Of a DNA stretch of 64,000 bases, positions 59,843-64,000 are shown in pieces. Position 1 is the first letter of the stretch. Each line of letters begins with the position of its first letter. The notes beneath the pieces were generated by a model. That model did not search any database, was not told the DNA's origin, and worked only from the letters and a program-made list of their open reading frames with translations. Source of the DNA: Malacoraja senta. Its lineage: Eukaryota. The stretch spans positions 27,654,001 to 27,718,000 of the forward strand of contig CM075987.1 in NCBI GenBank assembly GCA_038087875.1. The letters run 5' to 3'. The translations under genes were made by a program, and so were the position numbers.

Positions 59843-62364
59843 TTCTCTCCCCATATGTTAATACAACCAAGACTTGACAATTATTGAAGGTCACTCAGTA
59901 ATTAGCATTTTTGTAGCACCTTGGATCATTTCATCCTTAAAATATGTATTGAAAGAACTTTTATTTGTTTGGGTAAAGTCATGGGTATCTGATTGCCATT
60001 TTAAAATCTAAACCAAGGAACACACCTTGCTCCAGCCTTCATGTCAGTCTGTGTTCCTGGGTGATCTTCGACTCTGAAGATATCCTTGATTCACAAAACG
60101 TTTTGTACTTGTGCTGATGAAATTGTATTATTTTTTAAACTTCTGTATTGATTCCAGATCGATGTATGGAATCACCTGGAATTTATGGTCAGATTTTTCT
60201 TCCATATTATCATGGGGAGAATTTATATTTGCTTTCATTTGGAGAACTGGAAGACTTGTTTGAATTTTCGTGGATGTGGCTGTGTTTAGGTGCAGTACAT
60301 ATAAAGAATGCCTGGGACCAATAGGAATAAATGAACGGTCCTTTTAAATTAAGTTTTTAAATGTATCTGTTTTTAATCAATTAGTGACAACCATAAGCTT
60401 GACAATATTATATTACGTTAAATAATTGGTCTGTGTTGTGGGAAGGATCAGTCAAGTCCATTAAACTGAAGGAAAAAAAGAAAAAGTTTGAAATATTCCA
60501 GCAACCTTTATGGAGAGAGAAGTCCAACTACCATTTCAAGTCTACCATTGTAATATCAGAAACATTTGCTAAGGAAATTGTCAGATTCAATGAAGACAGT
60601 TCACCCTAAATGTTCTCTCTCGTCAGATGATGCCTGAGTATTTCTGATATTTTTTTTCAGTTTCAATTTCCAACATTTTTTTTGTTAAAATTAAAGTTAC
60701 TTGTTCTGTTTCAGTTGTGCAAGGTTGGATAAGCATTTTTTTTTAAACGCTTCTTCACAAATCCATTAGGATTAGAAACTTATAAAGCTGCTATGCCTTC
60801 CGCTCAAATCTATGGTTTCACTAAATTAAAATGAGTATGTCAAATAATTGGAGTGACGTTGTTGGTGCTGGATAATCCGTAGTATCATGAGCAGTTGAGT
60901 TTGCAGGCTGTTGCGTCCGACACGGGAGACATCACAGCCAAGTTAGAATGTCGTTGTCCATCCCATGCCTGTGTCTGTGTACCTTCGCCAGGGTAGAGTG
61001 TAGCTTGGCTTCTCCCCAACCCCATCCCTGATCTCTTCAGTCTTGCAACAGTCAATGCTGTACACCCACTGAAATCATTTTTCTCCGTGCTTCAACGATA
61101 CAGCAGGCAATGTGGTTGCTTACTGAGTGTTTATTTTGGTTGCAAAGTCACGTACTTCCACCCAGATAGAACTTAAGGGTCGGCATCATTCAAGAAGTGG
61201 TAAAGTCCCAGTTGATCAGGCTGGCTTTCCCCAACTGAGCTGCTGACCATTCCAAAACCTGCTGCAAATACTCAGTGTACAACCAAGTTGTTGAGGCGTG
61301 GTCTTTGCTGGAGGAGGAGCAAATAATTGTCCCAGTGAGAGGAGTCCTCTTCAGTTTTGAATGGCTTTGACTGTCCCTTGTCTCTCTTGTTACACATACT
61401 GTACTTGTGCATTTCCTAGTAACACGTTATAGGAATCACAGCTGCTGGAATGAGGAGAGCTTAGCGTGAAAATAGTCTACAACCCACACCCACTCATGCT
61501 GATGGAGGTGATGGCAGCAGGATAGGATTTAACGATGCTGTTATTTGTAAAATACATCCAGCTCTACTACTAACTCATGTTTTCACTCAAGGCTTACTTC
61601 CAAGGAAGAATAAGGTTATTGAGTGAGAAAGAAAACACTTTATTAATCAGAAGACAGACACAAAAAGCTGGAGTAACTCAGCGGGTCAGGCAGCATCTCT
61701 GGAGAAAAGGAATAGGTGATGTTTCTGGTCGAGACACTTCTTCAGACTGGTCTCGACTCAAAAATTCCCCTATTCCTTTTCTCCAGAGATGCTGCCTGTC
61801 CCGCTGAGTTACTCGGGCTTTTTGTGTCTGTCTTTGGTTTAAACCGGCATCTGCAGTTCCTCCCTGCACACTTTATCCGTTATTGATGGTACTTTTCTTG
61901 AAAGTGTGGAAATGCAGTGGAGTCTGTTCTCGTTCTGCAGAAATCGTGATGGTTTTCACTATGTATAGTTGAATCACTACAAATCCCAGCTAGTTTGGTG
62001 ATGACCAAATTATACCCAGTCGATTAGGGATGGAAATATTGATTTTATATAGCAAATGCCATTCTGTACAAACTTTGACAAGTGTAGCTGTGCTATTTCT
62101 GCAACAACTTACTGGAGAAATCCATTTGTATTCTATAATTATCCTCTATATCAATTCGCTCGAAGTATTTCCACCTTTATCATGAATGTTTCCTGAATCT
62201 GTGTTTTATAAATCTTGACATAAAGTACCTCTGATTGGTCCATAGTGGTGTGAATAGATATAGTGGTTCACATTAGTCTGTACTCTAGATAATTACCAAG
62301 ATTTGCAGGCTGCAGCTTTGCATCACTGTTCACTAATGATCTTCTGGCTGGTCCATGAAAGGGT

Positions 62365-62638
62365 CGAGTTGCTGCCTCACAGCGCCAGAGACCCGGGTTC
62401 AATCCTGACTGCGGGTGCTGTCTGTACGCAGTTTGTATGTTTTCCCTGTGACCATGTGGGTTTTCTCCGGGTACTCTGGTTTCCTCCCACATCTCAAAGA
62501 TGAGCAGGTATGTCAGTGAATTGGCTTCTGTAAATTGCCCCTAGTGTGTAGGGTAGAACTAGTATACGGGTGATCACTGGTCAGCTTGGACTTGGTGGGC
62601 CGAAGGGCCAGTTTCCATGCTGCATCTTTGAAACTAAA
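62365..62638 (+). mobile_element. V-SINE (HE1-like)
   Basis: gagttgctgcctcacagcgccagagacccgggttc head plus V-domain. Confidence 0.8.
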
Positions 62639-64000
62639 AGTAACAGAACAGAGTTCATGTTGATCCAGCATTTTCATAAGCGATTTGAAGTAAGAACCTG
62701 CTTTCTTAAAACAATTGTTAAAAATGTAATCATTTCCAAAAGCACAAATGTATGGATCCCGTTGGGAACTTTTGAAATAACTCTGCAAGTTGGTCCTGCT
62801 TTTGTGCAACTGTTTACAAAATTAGACATTGATGTACATTATATTGCGGCATCTCACATCTGGGTACTTAAAGAAAACCGACATTGATAGAAACTTGGGC
62901 TGTCGAATAGTTGGAAAGTAGCTCCGCGCGACAGGCAGCATTTCTGGAGAGAAGGAATAGCTGATGGGTTCGGGTCGAGACCCTTCTTCAAACCTGACTG
63001 GGTCTCAACCTGAATCGTTGCCTATTCCTTCTCTCCAGAGATGCTGCCTGACCCGCTGAGTTACTCCAGCACTTTGTATCTATCTTTGGTGCAAACCAGC
63101 AGCTGCAGTTCCTTCCTACACATTGATTCCATGTTGGACGGCCAACTGAAAATAAACTGTGAAAGATCTGCCTGAAAAGTACATTTGTTCATAAATGTTT
63201 CACTTTGTCAATCTTCTTCAAGGTGCTGTACCTCGCCTCTTGCCATTTTCCCCTGCAAATATCCCCCCATGTTCATTTGAAGTTGTCCTTTTGGTATCTT
63301 CTCAACTTGTGAGCGATGATCTTCACTGTTTACACCTGCATTGTGTTCCTCTTCTGTCTGTGCTAGTTCTCAAACGTTGATGACTCCCCTTCCATTCCAA
63401 CGTCCTTGTGTTGCAATGTTACCTCGGCACCGATTTGTCGTACAAGTGCTTTTGAGACGATAAATTTTGCTGGAAAAATGTATCATGCTTATTTTCAATA
63501 AATGTTTCCTTTTTTATTATCTTTAACTATATCTTCTGTTTTCTTATTGGCAAAGCATTTTATTCAGTAGTAACTGTGGAACATTCTTCAACATTGACCG
63601 GTGAAACACCTGTGGGAATTGGTGTCCTCATTGCAACTGTATAAAAGTGTGAACCGATACCTAATGTGTAGACTTAGCCTGTCAGGTTAACCTGCATATT
63701 AGATTATAAATGTACAGTGTAAGAAAAAAGTGTTTCTAACTACCATATAAATGAGGCCGACAGTGTGCAGCAGCGTTTGGAACCAAAAAGACCAAAACCC
63801 TCCCATTTCACCCCCCACCGAAACATGTGGTAATTGGAGAGTCAGAGTTCTGGAGTAACTCAGCGAGTCAGGCAGCATCTCTGGAGCAAGGCCAGTAGGA
63901 GAGGAGAGGGAATCGGGGTACCGTGTCTTCAAGGTCAACTGTGGGAGGCGCACCCGGACACAAAAGATGGGCGGGCGGGCGAGCAGAGGGACGTAGGTTC

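Noticed and set aside
59434..59887. Repetitive ORFs and a CRISPR-like appearance of the 20-bp array
   Set aside because: Head-to-tail minisatellite with no unique spacers, in eukaryotic DNA with no cas genes.
59900..64000. CDC26, expected downstream of SLC31A1 from mammalian synteny
   Set aside because: No MLRRKPTRLELK-like or other recognisable CDC26 coding sequence found on either strand.

Overview
Eukaryotic (vertebrate) genomic DNA, almost certainly from a cartilaginous fish (skate/ray-like, judged from HE1/V-SINEs and CR1, L2, Rex1 and Penelope-type repeats). Two head-to-head genes are present. FKBP15 (- strand) has coding exons 1-11 from 18888 to 1049 and continues beyond the left edge. 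SLC31A1/CTR1, a copper transporter (+ strand), has a probable non-coding exon 1 ending at 22090 and four coding exons at 51672-58932 that splice to 178 aa. The two promoters are ~3 kb apart, separated by a 1.3-kb cryptic satellite and repeats. The most unusual signal is four tiny (9-37 bp) C(A/G)AAGA...TG inserts, each between 8-bp direct repeats, within ~460 bp of the SLC31A1 promoter, plus a 384-bp MITE with the same termini and an 8-bp TSD. Together these resemble P-element-type excision footprints. Other leads: abundant Penelope-associated repeats with a minimal hammerhead-ribozyme-like motif, a candidate alternative coding exon (MNNSTE) in frame with CTR1, and competing tandem splice donors. 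Gene identities come from recalled protein similarity and splice-phase consistency, not database searches. Repeat boundaries are approximate.
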